A DNA stretch of 59,026 nt, filler included, from Basidioascus undulatus (taxonomy: Eukaryota): assembly GCA_000826855.1 (NCBI GenBank). It is 4 parts of 4 records of this genome, joined end to end, with 100 filler letters (N's around TTAATTAATTAA, not from the genome) between each part and the next. Parts side by side here need not be neighbours in the genome. Positions count along the whole stretch, not along the records: positions 1 to 9,652 come from JTLS01001229.1; positions 9,753 to 39,555 come from JTLS01000123.1; 2 more parts are not named here. One strand, written 5' to 3'. A program made the translations under genes and the position numbers. This document shows positions 1 to 12,549 of this stretch, in pieces. The stretch's first letter is position 1. Each line of letters begins with the position of its first letter. Under the pieces are notes generated by a model. That model searched no databases. It saw nothing but the letters and a program-made list of their open reading frames with translations, and was not told the DNA's origin.

Positions 1-467
1 CCCCCTCCCCAAGCCCACCAGCCGCATCGCGCCCCGACTCACCGAACGCGCAGCCGCGCAGGGGGGTATAGCAATATCCGTCGCCTTCCACCGCGTGCTT
101 CTCAAATCGGTAATCTACCAAGAAGCGCTTAAAGCGCAGCGGGCGAGCAAGGCGGAGATGATGAGGGTGAGGTGAGAGTCGGGAACAAGACACGCGCGCT
201 CGCTGGCGGCGCTTGGGTGGGCCGACGTCTCACCCTCTTCGACTTACCAACATTCGGTTCGATTCAGACCGTCATCATCGCCCTCGTCCTCTCGCACTGA
301 CCTTGCTCAAAATGGTGTTTACACGCGCATGCTCACCTACTTGATCATCCATCTCGATTGAATTCATAATCATCGATCATGGGCGCTGTCTCCTCGAAGG
401 ACTTCGATCCTTGTCCGTCTGATCTCCTCGCGCTCCTCTCCCTGCACGCAACCTCCATTCTCACTAG

Positions 468-1117
468 GGTGGGGGGTGGCCCACAGCCGCCGTCTACCTC
501 GAGCCCCCCTCGGGGTATACGACCCCTCCCTTCCCCTCCCTGTACAACCCCACCAACGGGGGCTTCTACATTTACGAGCCCTCCGGTCCGCCCTCTCCCC
601 CTTTCCTCCTCCCTCCTCCCTCCTTTCCTCACTCATCCCTCCGCCCTCCAGTGATCTGGCGCTACACCGTCTTCTGGACCCTAATCTTCTTCGGCTGCGT
701 CTACGTCCCGACCTCGCTCTGGGGGTTTCTCTGCCTCTCCCTCCGTCGCCGCTCCCAGCGGCCCCAGCGCGCAGCCGCGGCCCTCCTCCCGCTCGTGTTC
801 GGCGCGTTCGCCGCACTGACGGCCGTCGTCAGCGCCACGGCTGTCGGGTTCGCCCTCGCGGCCATCTATAATGCCGGGTACTTCTCGATGTCGACTTGGG
901 TGCCGTTTTTGTATGGCGCGGCGCAGGCGCGTGCACTCTACGGTGGTTGTCTATCTTTTTGAGAGGAGGACTAATGAGGCGTGAGGTGGTCCAGACCCTC
1001 GTGGTGATCGTCGCGTACGTGCTCCCTCCCTCTCCTTCGCCTACTCCCGAATCCCTAAACACTAGCGCTCGCGTGAACGCCCACAGGAGTTACTCAACAA
1101 CAGCGACGATCCTCTAG
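468..1117 (+). CDS. TMEM170-family (Tmemb_170-like) integral membrane protein; start exon uncertain (candidate ATG 379)
   Basis: Spliced translation YTTPPFPSLYNP..IYEPS|VIWRYTVFWTLIFFG...AAIYNAGYFSMSTWVPFLYGAAQ|TLVVIVA|SYSTTATIL* matches the fungal TMEM170 pattern; GT..AG introns with branch sites. Confidence 0.75.
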
Positions 1118-1977
1118 CGCTCCACTCTTCCCACCGTCCCCATCCCGGCTGTTCCCCTCCAGCACCTCCTCAAACCCCACCCCACAACGCCCCATTTCGC
1201 CCTCATAATCCAATGCACATCCTACTTCACATATACTTCCGCCGCACGCAAACAGGCACTCAGTAGGATAACGTCCCACGATCGCTTTCATATGCACATC
1301 CCCAACCACGTGCTCTAATGTAATCTCACGTCCTCGCATGCACGCCCTTACGCACGCATGTGATCAATCTGTGTGCCGCTCACTACTCGCTCAGCCGTTT
1401 ACTCCTCCTCCTTCCATCGCGAGCTTCCTGCGGGGCTGCAAGCCGACCGACTATCCTGTCTCCTTGGCCCCCTCGCTCCTCGCCCCCATCACACGGGCAT
1501 CAGCACCGGCAGAGTAAATTATGAACGAAATAGACTGGCAAGGCTTCATGTACAAATCATCAACTGCCGACCGCGCTCCCCCACCTCTTCCAGTTCCTTT
1601 TTAAACAACACTTTCACCAATATCTCGATTCCTTCATCCATCACAGAAATCATCACGTCAGCCGCATCCGCAGCGACGCTGCCCAACAGCCACCACTTAC
1701 CAACATTATCAGCCCCCGCTTTCAACCCCTCCCTCCTCAACTCCCCGCACCCGCTTGAAACATCCAACTCATGCGCCCAGATACGACAGTAAAACTTGAG
1801 AAGCGCCTTCTGCACTTTCTGGATCTTGTGGATGCCGAAATAGCCGGCGCGCAGCCCCCTCCCTCCACATGGCGTCTACCACGACCGCAGGCTTGTACGT
1901 CTGGAGGGGTGGAAGCCCCTATGTTCTTTTAAAGAGCACAAAGATCTCCCTCATTAATTATCCAACCTCTTTTGTAG

Positions 1978-2323
1978 GTCGTGGACCTCGAGTCGCACCT
2001 GCCAGGCTTCAGCTACACCCTCCTAAGCACCCTCCGCCACGATATCTTGTACAACCACGCGGCCGCATTCTCTTCTCTCCAGGGCCACGGAGCGCTGACA
2101 ATTTGGGTAGATTATTTCCTTCCTTGAACTGTGGCCGAGTTGGCGGAACGATATTGAATGCTGGCGCGTAGGGAACTGCGGACAGCACCGTCCCGTACGA
2201 GACAGTCCACCGGATCAAGAAGCTCGTGCAGGACGTGCAGCTCGTCACGCCGAAAGGTGAAGAGCACGACCTTGTGGCGGATCTGACGGAAGAGGTTGTA
2301 CAGGCGCTTGTGGGCTTCTTGTA
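1978..2323 (+). pseudogene. C-terminal remnant of an alpha/beta hydrolase
   Basis: VVDLESHLPGFSYTLLSTLRHD...LTIW|GTADSTVPYETVHRIKKLVQDVQLVTPKGEEHDL...FL* contains the IWGxxDxxVP (Asp) and HD (His) motifs. No upstream GxSxG exon or clean in-frame upstream exon was found. Confidence 0.6.
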
Positions 2324-4053
2324 GAGCTCGGTGGAAGTGAAGCGCGGATGCCTGTATTCAACCAACTCAGCGTGCCAATTTTCCATTTTCGTCTCATGTT
2401 CTGCGGTGTCGACCGATCGCAATTGCGTGCAATGGTCTGAAACATATCACGGAGATATTCATTCAAGATCAAACTGTCAGATGATCAAATTTGCGGCCGG
2501 TGAGGCTCGCAGAGTGCGAAGTTGCTGGTGCTGCGCATACTGGACTTCAAGGGAGTGTAGTCCTGCCACTGACCTTTCTTTTGACATTCCCGCTCCCCCT
2601 TAGGTGCTATGTATAAAGTCTCCGAGTTTTTATAGTTCAAGATGGGCTTTGCTGATGAGCGTAAATCACCGAGCAGGGCAAGCAGGGCAGCAGTGCTCTT
2701 TGCTCGCCTGAGTCGGCTGCTGCAGGGTTGAACACACAGAAGTTACACAGGACGACGCGTACAAAATTTCAGGGGTGTAACTCTTGACAAAGGCGGTACT
2801 GGGCACTGTGCAGCGTTTACAGGTATCAGACAAAGTCCTGTTGGTAATCGGCGGCGCAGCTGCACGGGGCCAGCCATCGCCGCACAGATCACGCAGGTCG
2901 AAGCAAGATGTATCAGTAACGCCCAAAGAAGCACAGTATTTTGTTGCCGAGATACAAAAAATGCAAGCGCTCCTCATGTGCTCCTCTCATGTGCTCCTCT
3001 CTGCTGATGCACCTCTGGCAAGCCACCGCCCGACAATACCCTCCAGCTCCTCCTCCACCTCCGCCCATTCTGGATCGCGGGCCTGCGCCAAGCCTCGAAG
3101 AAAGGTCTGCAGGAACTGTGGCTCGCTTCGGAGGGGAGCGTGATAGAGTTCGGAAGAAGAGCGTCTCGATCCTGCCACCGCCGTTTCGACAAACGGCCGT
3201 TTGATCTGATCTTATCATTTGCGGGGGCTGGCTTTCCTTCCTATTCTCCGTCTCCGTTTCTCACGCAAACAACCCATTGCACCTGACCATGCGGCTCATC
3301 AAAGTAAAGGATCGCGTATGCCACCAATACATTCCTGAGACCCCAGCCCGCCCCACCGCCGCATGGACAGTCTTCTCGCGCACTCGCAGCAACTCCAAGC
3401 AACAGGCAAGCGACACTCTTGTGAAGGGTCTGCATGGTCACTTCACATTGAACACCTAAACGTAAGGAAATTACTCTCTTGTGCAGGGCATAAGGCAGGG
3501 TGTAGGTCCATCACGGATAGACAAGACGTCACCTTCGCATCGGGCCACCATTGTCCCTGCGCGACGTACATTCACTCTCCACAAGCTGATCCTTTGGCCA
3601 GAGCAGGATACTCCAACTCTCCGTCTCTCTTCTGCTGTTTTTAGAAAAGCGTATGGCTCGACACCTCGTACAACCCCTGCCACAATCATCCCATTCAGTC
3701 CTGGGCGGCGGGGACAGTTTCGTTAGGATGCTAGAAAGATACACCGGCCGTGGGGCAGGCGCCGCCTGCTCTGTCGTCCATGCATCCAAGTAGATCTTTG
3801 ATCTAATCTTATGATGTCGGTGTATTACTCTGCGGTTGCTCCGTCTCCTGCCGTTGTTTTCACATTCTGCACTGTCGGACACTATCGGCCACGAGGCCCG
3901 TCGCAGGAGCACAGCCGGTAGCATGGACATATAAATGAGATAACTCTATCACCTCCTTCTTGTCATTTTTCAGCCCTCACTCCATACCGTTATCGGTCCG
4001 CTATGCTCAACGAGGACAGGCCTGATCGACTTTGCTTTTTTTGTTCGGCCACG

Positions 4054-5062
4054 ATGCACACAGCTCAGCTCTTCCTCACCACTTGCGCCTTCACTGACAG
4101 CGGCGTGTTCTCCAGCCCCGTTCCGCTGGTAGGGCAGAGATCAACCTTAAGTGTACGTTTGATAATCGACATTCTATGGTTGACGATGGACAGTGGACTG
4201 ACTTGCTTGGAGTTTCTGTTCTTGCAGACACCCAAGAATGACACGCTCCTGGGTGCCCAGTTAGTGTTTCACAGGCCCACTGAATTTCTCTGCGATCTTT
4301 GGTTTCATCTGAACTTGCGTCGGTGCATTTTGCAGGATATCCCTTGGCTGGGAGGAGCCGGAGGAGAACGCCGTGGACAGCTACGATCGTCTCTTGCGTC
4401 TTTACTTGACCTGTAAGTCAACAATGTTCCACTTCAAGACCGAAGACTAATGACATCGAATATATTCCAAAAATTTGAAGACCCCAACGGCAAGCAGACC
4501 ATGCTTACAGGGACGCGGGACGCTACGCCAGACGAGTCGACGGAGAAGGAACACTGCCCTTGGGACCGGCTCGCAGTACGATGACATCATTGTTGACCTG
4601 ACGGGCACGTACGAGGTGAGTAGCAATTTATACCAAGTCGATTTTAATAATGAGGCGGCGCGGGAGGTGGTATCGTCTTTGCCTGTGACTGACTCTCCTG
4701 GACCCTCCTCCTTCGCCGCAAGTCTGGTGGAGCGGCGTCCTCTACTCGGTGTGTCGCTGCTCTTTACCAGACTAGTCTAGGAATACTGGACCCTAAACTC
4801 CTTATCCCTCCTTAAACTTGCAGCGCCAGAGAACCGATGCCAGTTCACATCCAACGAACTGCAGACCGAGTTCGAGTTCAAGCGCTGGTTCACCGTCAAG
4901 AGCAGCGACGCCGCGGGCACTCTGGCCAACCTCAACGAGGAAAAGACGTCGGACCCAGTCAAGGACCCGTCCGGCGTCCAGAACGGCGCGCTCTCGTACG
5001 CTGTCACCAAGCCTGGCCTTGCTCTCGCTGGCGTTGCGGCCGCGGTTGGGCTCGTACTCTGA
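4054..5062 (+). CDS. Putative small secreted, GPI-anchored protein (multi-exon, internal exons uncertain)
   Basis: N-terminus MHTAQLFLTTCAFTDSGVFSSPVP is signal-peptide-like; the last exon ends ...PSGVQNGALSYAVTKPGLALAGVAAAVGLVL*, a typical omega site plus hydrophobic tail. Confidence 0.55.
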
Positions 5063-5657
5063 ACAATGGGAACTGGTCCATTTACACTGTGAATGTTCTA
5101 GGCACTTGTAGCCAGCCTATGCTCTCTTTAATTCCGTGGTACCCTCTTGCCCTACTTTGTCTTGTGTGTGGCATGTAAGGCAGCGCAAAAGCCTGCGCTG
5201 TGCAATGCTGCATTTTCTGTCGCAAAGCAGTGACTCTCCGGGGGTTGACTCGATCTCAAAACAAACACACGTAGAGAGAAACTCTAGCGATGTTTGGTAT
5301 GATATGGCGCTGAATCCTGGGGAGCTGCCATCGTCGAGCGTTGAGTCTGCTTAAAGCCACGCTTACTTCCTGTGCCCTCTTGTCCTGTAGGCAGCACAAA
5401 GCGAGGTACTGTCTAAACCGAGGCTCTGCAATATGCATCTGACACAGGGCTTCTTTCATACTCCAAGTTTGACGCACAGCAGTCATGCAAACTTCACGCA
5501 GTCGCATACAGGGGTTGCACATGCGGTAGATGCTGTGATGCGTCGTGAAGCAACGAAATTGAGTACATAATCCGAACTATATGTCAAAGTCTAACAGCGT
5601 GATGTAGAATCCCAGTATCTGAAAGAATTGTTAAATAAAGGTCCCCTCCCTCCTCCC

Positions 5658-7580
5658 TCAAGAAGCGGCGGGGTAGTAGCTCCGCCCGTCGAACGGGCTG
5701 ATCGCCGTCGGGTGCGGCGACATGCCTAGCGGCGCGCCGTACTCGGTCGTCGCGCTCAGCTTGCCCTTCCCCAGAGGCGGGACGGGCTGGTAGTCGTCCC
5801 ACGGCGCGGTGCTCCAGCGGGGATGGGACACCCAGTGCGGCTGCGCGGGGGCGGCCGAGTAGGGCGAGGGCGGGCGCGTGGAGGGGTCCGCGGGTGCGGT
5901 GGAGTATGGCGCGGGCTGCTGAGGAGGACAGTGCTGCGGTTGCGGTTGGGGAGGAGGCGCGTAGGATTGCGGGTACGGCGGGGAGAAGCCGAGGTCGTCG
6001 GTTAATGCGGGCGTGGGGGAGCGGTACGTCGGCGAGGGCATGGGGTGGCCGCCTTCGCTGCCGGGGGGAGGGACGACGATGGACATCGGAGGCGGCGGTG
6101 CGTGCTGCGAGCGCGCGGGCGAAGAGGAGGCTGAAGAGGAGGGAGGGAAGGTCGCGGAGAGGGGACTATCCATAGGCGGGAAGGACGGCGTGCGCGGTGA
6201 GGGGTTCGGCGAAGTCGTGTCGACCGAGGAGAGCGAGGGGGTGTTGCGGTGTCCGAGCAGGCCGGACGTCGAGATGGAAGGTAGGGGCGGCGCAGGCGTG
6301 TCGGACGTCGCTGAGTTTTGCCGGCGCTTGTATCTGGAAGAAAGAGAAGACAATGTTTGAGTATGCGGTGGTCCGGGATTGCAGGGGAGGAAACAGGCGA
6401 AAAAAAGACGCACCCTGGCAAAGGACCGCGCTTCTTCTGTACTCGCGTGTAGCAGCATTTGATGCCCGCCTTCTTACACCGACTGCACGGCTCGGCAACG
6501 ACCATGGGCGGAGCCGCGGCCGGGTCGCCGCCCGCGGGCGTGCCCGAGAGGCTCGGAAACGCAGGGGTAACGACCACGTCGCAGCGGAGTTTCTTCTGTG
6601 TGCAGCCGTCGCAGGCGCGAGTCACACGCGAGATGGGTGCGCGGGCGGGGGGGACGACGGACGAGCTCGAGAGCGCCTTGACCGGCAGCGGCGCTAGGGG
6701 GAGGGACGGCGACGGGCCCTGGAAGGACGGCGTCCGCGTGGGCTGCTGCAGCGGTGTGGGGGCCGGTCGCGGAGGCGGCCCGCCGGTGTACGAGTGCCGC
6801 GTTTGGAGCGGGTACGGGCTGTACCGCTGCGAGGGGGCCGGCTGCTGCTGCGCGGAGTCGTAGGAGTAGATTGGGGGGAGGTGCTGGCGCTTATGAGGGT
6901 GAGGTGGGTAGTGGGATGGAGGAGGCGGCTGCATCGGCTGCGGCTGCGGCGACAGTCGCGACGGCGGGCGGTCGTACACGACTGGGGGGGGATAATGGGG
7001 AGGAGGAAGCGGAGGATGGGGGTGGTGCTGCGCGAAGGAGGCCTGGGGATCCATGAGAGAGTGTCAGCGCTGTAGGGTCGATTGTGTGAAGATGAGTGTT
7101 GTGCAAGAACAACGCCCAAACAGCCAGCCGACTTCGCCCGGCGGCTCACAACACCTTATGTCCGGCCTCACTACATGCAGAAAAGCATAAAATATCTGGC
7201 GAATGCAGCAAAGTGCACCGGGGCCCGCCTGTGCACGCAGCTGCTGTGGGTGGTAGCCATGCTCGTCAGGCCCAGGCCCGAGGCAGGCCTAAGCGCTGCA
7301 ACGAGCGATGCAGTCGCACCGTTCAGCACAAGTCCAACTTGCTGCCACTCCCACGTAAGCCTAAGGCCTCACCACGAGAGCCGAGGTGCAGAAAAGAAAG
7401 CAAGAGCTGCCAGACAGAAACGTAGACGGCCACACTCACCTGGGCGTTTTGGTGCTGCCAGCTTGCCTCTGCCGACGTGCTCCATCGGCGCCAGGACGCG
7501 TGGGACTGGGGCGGGGCAGGCGAGGGGGTGTGGTGGTGCTGGTGGTGGTGCTGGTGCTGGATATGCGGATCGGATGCCAT
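5658..7580 (-). CDS. Zn(II)2Cys6 transcription factor, Pro/Gln/His-rich, without a recognisable middle-homology region
   Basis: RACDGCTQKKLRC-x31-CSRCKKAGIKC then KKRGP. Intron 6334-6413 joins the two ORFs. Upstream exon (ATG 7580 in AAAAATGG context, donor GTGAGT 7439) splices in frame at 7043; alternative ATG at 7054. Confidence 0.85.
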
Positions 7581-8440
7581 TTTTGGCACGGGTAGTACGA
7601 CCTGGGCGCGTTAGGCTGTTGGACGTGGGAAGGAATGGGTGGGGGGGCAAAGGAAAACGTGGGCTGCTTCTGAACGAGCGAGACTCGAACGAAGGAGAAT
7701 GTGCTGGTAAACGAGCGTGGAAAGCGAGCGTAGTGTGGGTAGTATTCCGGTCCGCAGGTCTATAGGAGAGGATGGAGTGGAGATGGAGATGGTGCTGGGA
7801 GGAGCTCTTGAACGGTCAGTCGTACAAGACGCAAGGAGTTGCACGAGCTGGTCGGTCTCCCAACGACCGCGACCGTTCTTGGGCGGCTGGGCGCAGATCA
7901 GTCGGACGTCAGCTTCAGGAACGCCCCTTGCACGCGAGGCACCGAGCATGTGAGAGACACATTTCATTTTGCAATTAGGGGTTGGGGCATATGTTTCATA
8001 TAAGTACACGCCAGACGCAAGTGATCGGCGGTCGTCTTCGCTCTCATTCTCTTCGGCTCCTCTTGGGATTAGAGTTTCGGAGTGGGGATGTCTGTGCTTT
8101 TGTGCGCTTTCGAGGAAACTTTCGTCCAGCAAGTTGGGCTCGAAAGGGAGGGAGGCCGAGAAGTTACAGTTTTTGGCTTTGTAGAGGATGACCAGCTATT
8201 CCCAGCACTGGCTCTGTTCCTACCAGTGTGAACTTAGCGCTTACGCGCGGCTATCTCACGCCGCCCGCCCGAACGCAGCGAGCCAGCAGTAGTCAGCGAG
8301 CAAGCGAGCGCGGGCGGTGAGTGGTGTTCTAGAACAGATGTGCTCTGTGCTCCCCTTACGTAGCCCGCAGCGCTTCGCTCTGATCCTTCTTCCCAAGCAC
8401 CTGTGCTGAAATGATGCACCAGATCATCATTTTTAGGGGC

Positions 8441-8480
8441 GGAAGTGTGCCCCGGAGCGTGGAAGTGTGCCCCGGAGCGT
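8441..8480. repeat. Perfect 20-bp tandem duplication GGAAGTGTGCCCCGGAGCGT x2
   Basis: Read directly from sequence. Confidence 0.9.
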
Positions 8481-9652
8481 GGGCACCAAGTACCAGTAGT
8501 ACGAGGTCGGATGTGACATGACAGCCTGGCAGCGCCTCATGTTGTTCAGTCGTTGTCGTCGGTCAAGAGCACCATGTGGAATAAGCATGTCAAACCACCG
8601 ATATGAGCGTCCCGGAATTGCGTAACTGCTGTTCGCAGCCACTGCCTCTCCCTCTCACCCTCTCAGGCTGCCTCGGCCAGCGCAACGACCACCCACTCCG
8701 ACTGCCTACTCCCAAAGCCCCCACCAGTCCCCCATCTCCCCCTTCTCCCACAAAGCATCCCATCCCATCCCATCCCAAGATAAGATTGGCATCTATGTTA
8801 CCCTCTTCCTCTCCCCTCTCCCAGCACCCTCCAGCGGAAAGCAGACACCCTCCTTTGGCAAGATAGTCGGTTCTTTGACTCTTGTCGGGAGGCGCTCGCG
8901 TGTCCGTCTCATGGCCGCCACAGGCATGGCAGCCACGCACGTAGGGGCGCGTTTCTCCGAGGGGGCTTGAGGGCTGCGGCTCGGCCGGTTGGATCGGCTG
9001 GTTGGGACTGAGATAAGCTTCTTGGAGGGCTGGAGAGTGCTGGAAGAGGTTTGGTCGCGCTTGATCGTTCTCACGGATGAGGAGAGAGTGCTTTTATGAG
9101 TTTTGGATAGCGGGTGGTTGAAGGGGAGTCAGTGGGCTCGGACATCAAGTTGCGCACTGGCAGTGATGCGGGTGATACTTTGCACGACTGTTGCTTCTCG
9201 TCCAGGAAACATGAATGGATGTCAGTTTCAAGGCTACGGGGGGTAATAACGACCACTAGTCGTGGAAGTGGCACGGAATGCCGGGCATCACTGAGTGCTG
9301 CAGCTGTCGGGTGAAGTCGCGCTGCTGTGTACCGTGCTGAACTGAGTCCGCGCAATACTTTGGACACAGCATCGAAACTCATGTGCTTGACTACTAGAAA
9401 ACAAACAGAGCTCGCCCGCCCGGGCTCCGCCCACCCAGCGTAGCCCAACCCGCACCCTCAACCCACTCCGCCCTGCACAACCGCCTGGCCCCAGTCCTGT
9501 GCTAGCGGGCTCACTGCACCAAAAGGGGCATGTCCGGAATTGGTGCACCCCGCGGCGCGATGTGTAGTAACCAACTGCAAACAAACCGCGTGAGCCACCC
9601 AAGTTGAGTCGGAGCGAAGCGCCCAAAACTACCTTACTCTCCTCAGAACCCG

Positions 9653-9752
9653 NNNNNNNNNNNNNNNNNNNNNNNNNNNNNNNNNNNNNNNNNNNNTTAA
9701 TTAATTAANNNNNNNNNNNNNNNNNNNNNNNNNNNNNNNNNNNNNNNNNNNN
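9653..9752. other. Assembly gap with TTAATTAATTAA six-frame-stop linker
   Basis: N run with identical embedded linker in all three gaps. Confidence 0.98.
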
Positions 9753-10288
9753 GTGTGCGCCGCGCTGCGCTCGAGGCGAAGGAGAAGGGCGAGCTCCCCA
9801 TCGCTGTGCACGTTACCGCCCCCCCGCCGTGGCTCCCCCTCCAGCCGGGCGTCCCTCCTCCTACCCCAGGCATCTCCGCTTCCGGGCACGACACGCGGAC
9901 ATCCACGGCCCACCCACTCCGCCACGCAGTCTTCAACTGCGTCCGCGCAGTCGCGTGCATCCGCTCTGCCTCCCCAACCGCCACCATCAGCACCTCCTCC
10001 GCCCCCGGCTCCGGGCCGCTCCCAACCCAGAACGGCGCCGAGTACCTCTGCACGTCCCTCACGCTCTTCGCGACGCACGAGCCGTGTGTGATGTGCAGCA
10101 TGGCGCTCGTCCACTCGCGCGTACGCGAGGTGTTCTACATCGTCCCCGCGCGCGGGACGGGCGGGTGCGGGACCGTCTATGGCGTGCACGAGATGAAGAG
10201 CCTCAACCACCACTTTGAGGCGTGGCGCTGGGTCGGCGGGGAGGGCCTGGAGGAGGGGCTGGAGATTGATGAGGGCGTTAACCCGTGA
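9753..10288 (+). CDS. TAD3: tRNA-specific adenosine-34 deaminase non-catalytic subunit Tad3/ADAT3, 5' part lost in gap
   Basis: HPLRHAV (Val replaces the catalytic Glu of HAE), YLCT...THEPCVMCSMALVHSR, LNHHF. Confidence 0.93.
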
Positions 10289-11038
10289 GTGGGTAGGTGG
10301 GGAGGGGAGTGAGGGATGCTGCGCAGGCGTGCGCTCTGCTTTTCATGGATTTCCTCGATGCGAAGAGGGCGAGGTGTTGCTGCCGCTGGCTGTCGCCGAC
10401 CTTGTCGCAAGTCACGACTGCTCGACAGGCACCTTGGATTTGTTTTGTTTTGACTCTATCTTCTGAATATTTTCCTCCTGTACAAGTCCTCACTTGACAG
10501 CGTGCTCGCTTTCTGGAACGTCTGTTCAGTCGAGCTTTGGAGCTGATCGAGACTCGGGGCCGCTCGCCGCTGCGGACTCCGGCAGCTTGAACTTCTAGCT
10601 GGATCTTAGCTGCTCCTCTTTTCCATTTCAATGCTTCTGCACTGAAGTACGTTTTACATATCATCTTCGGGACATGGATGCCAGGCCAGAGCATAGAAAC
10701 TGGCAGAAGCGAGGCAGTCGCATTGGAAGTCAGGCCCACGTGAAAGAACGCAGGCTTGGAAAGTGAACGCGCCGACGCGCACCCCTCGCCCTCGTACCTC
10801 ATCATCGCTCTCCACCCTCACGAGTCGTCCCCAATCGGCGTTAAATCTACGCGGTTCTTTGCTCGAATAGAGCGCATTCAGGACGGCCTTCGCTCGCCTC
10901 GTCACCGATAGCGGTTCAGGTGAGCGTTTGGGGCGCGGGAAGAGCGGGTGCGCTCGGATGGTGCTCAAACCGCCGAGATTGCGGCAACCACATTGACTCA
11001 TGTTCTGCCCTTCCCTCCCATTCGTTCTGTTATACAGC

Positions 11039-12290
11039 ATGAACGCGGCTGAGCGTGCGACCCTCCGCGGTCTTCTCGACCGCGATGTAATCGACAAAGC
11101 CAACTCCCTCTGTGCCCGTGCGCGCAAGGCGACCGCGCCCGGAGGCGGGCACGAGCTTCGTGCGGGGGAGACCGCGATTCCTTGGGTCTGTGCCGCGTTG
11201 GCTTGTGAGAGGTACGCTCGACTTTCCAGACATCGGGTCGCGAACTGCAGCTAAACATGGCCGCCGCGGGCGCGTCTCCAGTCTGGGGCAGGCCGACAAG
11301 TTCACCGAGGACATGGCGCAGAAGCGGTCTGCCGTCCGACCAAAAGACTTCAAAGAGGTTGTCCGCGTCCTGCGCGTAGTCCTCGCGCCCAAGCCCGCCG
11401 CGCCGCAACCGGTGGTGGACGGTGACGGACCGCTCACGTACGAGTGGCTCGTGCGCGACTACGCGGTGCCGGCCGTGCACCTGCTGCACATGCGGGAGAT
11501 CTGGGCCGAGTGCAGGGACAAGTGGCTCGCGGTCGAGCCGGGCGCGAAGCGGTTCCTCGGCGATGGGACGAGGGATGAGGTGGTGGGCGCTGTGTTCTGG
11601 GTAGTCTGTTCTCATCTCAACGTACGTCTCCCCCCTCTTTCTTTAGGACGTAGAGGTCTAGGAAGGTTGACGGATGTATGGAGAACGGAATAGATTCCGG
11701 AAGTGCCGGACCTCACGCAGTTCTGCTCGGACTGGCAAATCGACCGCGCGAAGGTCGACAAGGTCGTCAACCAAATAGAGTACAACACGCGCGAGACTCT
11801 CGCCAAGGTCGTAGCGTCCGCTGCTCCCGCCCAGCCTGACAGCCCCTCCTCATCCTCTTTCGTGGTCGCTTCTCCCGAAAAGAGCAAGGCTAGTTCCTCC
11901 GCAGTCGTCAAGTCTGCCGGCACGCCGTCGAAAAAGCGCGTACGTGAGGACGACCCGAACCTGCAGTTTCTTCTCGCCAAGCGCACGCCGTCGAAAGGGA
12001 CGCCGAAGAAGGCTCGCGCAACCTCTACCGCTGCGCCCTCGCCAACGCCCACGCCGCGCAGACAGCAGTCGCTGCCGCCGACACCGACGCCGAAGCGGCG
12101 GCGGGTGGTTTACACGCAGGACATGAGGGAGGAGGAGATGGACGAGAGGGAGGGCACGATCGACGGGTTTGTGATGCCGGAGAAGGAATGGGAGGCGCGA
12201 TGGAGGGAATGGGAGAAGTGGAGGAAGCGGGAAGGCAAGAAGTTCTTAGGGGACGAGGCGGAGAGGAGGGGCGGGGTGGTCGGATCGTGA
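11039..12290 (+). CDS. ORC6: Origin recognition complex subunit 6-like protein
   Basis: N-terminal TFIIB-like segment DKANSLCARAR...GETAIPWVCAALACE, S/TP-rich basic middle, C-terminal W-rich helix (WEKWRKR); introns about 11212-11281 and 11622-11693. Confidence 0.65.
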
Positions 12291-12549
12291 GGGCGGAAGA
12301 GAATAGGAGGACGCTGCTTTGACCACTTGCTACAAGGCTACGGATATATGCTACGGATTTGCCCAACGCACATGCACTACTGTCGAGTGTGCTTATAAGC
12401 TGTGCGTGAAAGAACATATAGCAGTACCTAGCACCCGCAGTTTCCCATGGTCGAACGGGTCGCCTTCTGTGAGAAAAGGTGCTCGCTCAGGTTTTGCGGA
12501 CAGACCGGGTCCCCGTCACGCCTAAAAGCCGCAACAAGCCGCGCTATGC

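Noticed and set aside
200..275. GGTTCGATTC B-box/T-loop-like motif suggesting a tRNA
   Set aside because: Flanks do not form a T-stem or acceptor stem.
2666..3930. Protein-like minus-strand fragments (e.g. FLQTFLRGLAQARDPEWAEVEEELEGIV)
   Set aside because: Could not be joined into a coherent spliced ORF or assigned to a family; possibly a decayed gene.
9697..9708. TTAATTAATTAA repeated three times in the window (also in the gaps at 39556-39655 and 49300-49399)
   Set aside because: Always centred in N runs; an artificial scaffolding linker with stops in all six frames, not biology.
9900..9935. Deaminase with a mutated catalytic Glu (HAV)
   Set aside because: Normal, well-known feature of Tad3/ADAT3.
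10400..11001. Possible minus-strand gene between TAD3 and ORC6
   Set aside because: Its ATG would lie only about 40 bp from the ORC6 ATG, and no family motif was recognised.
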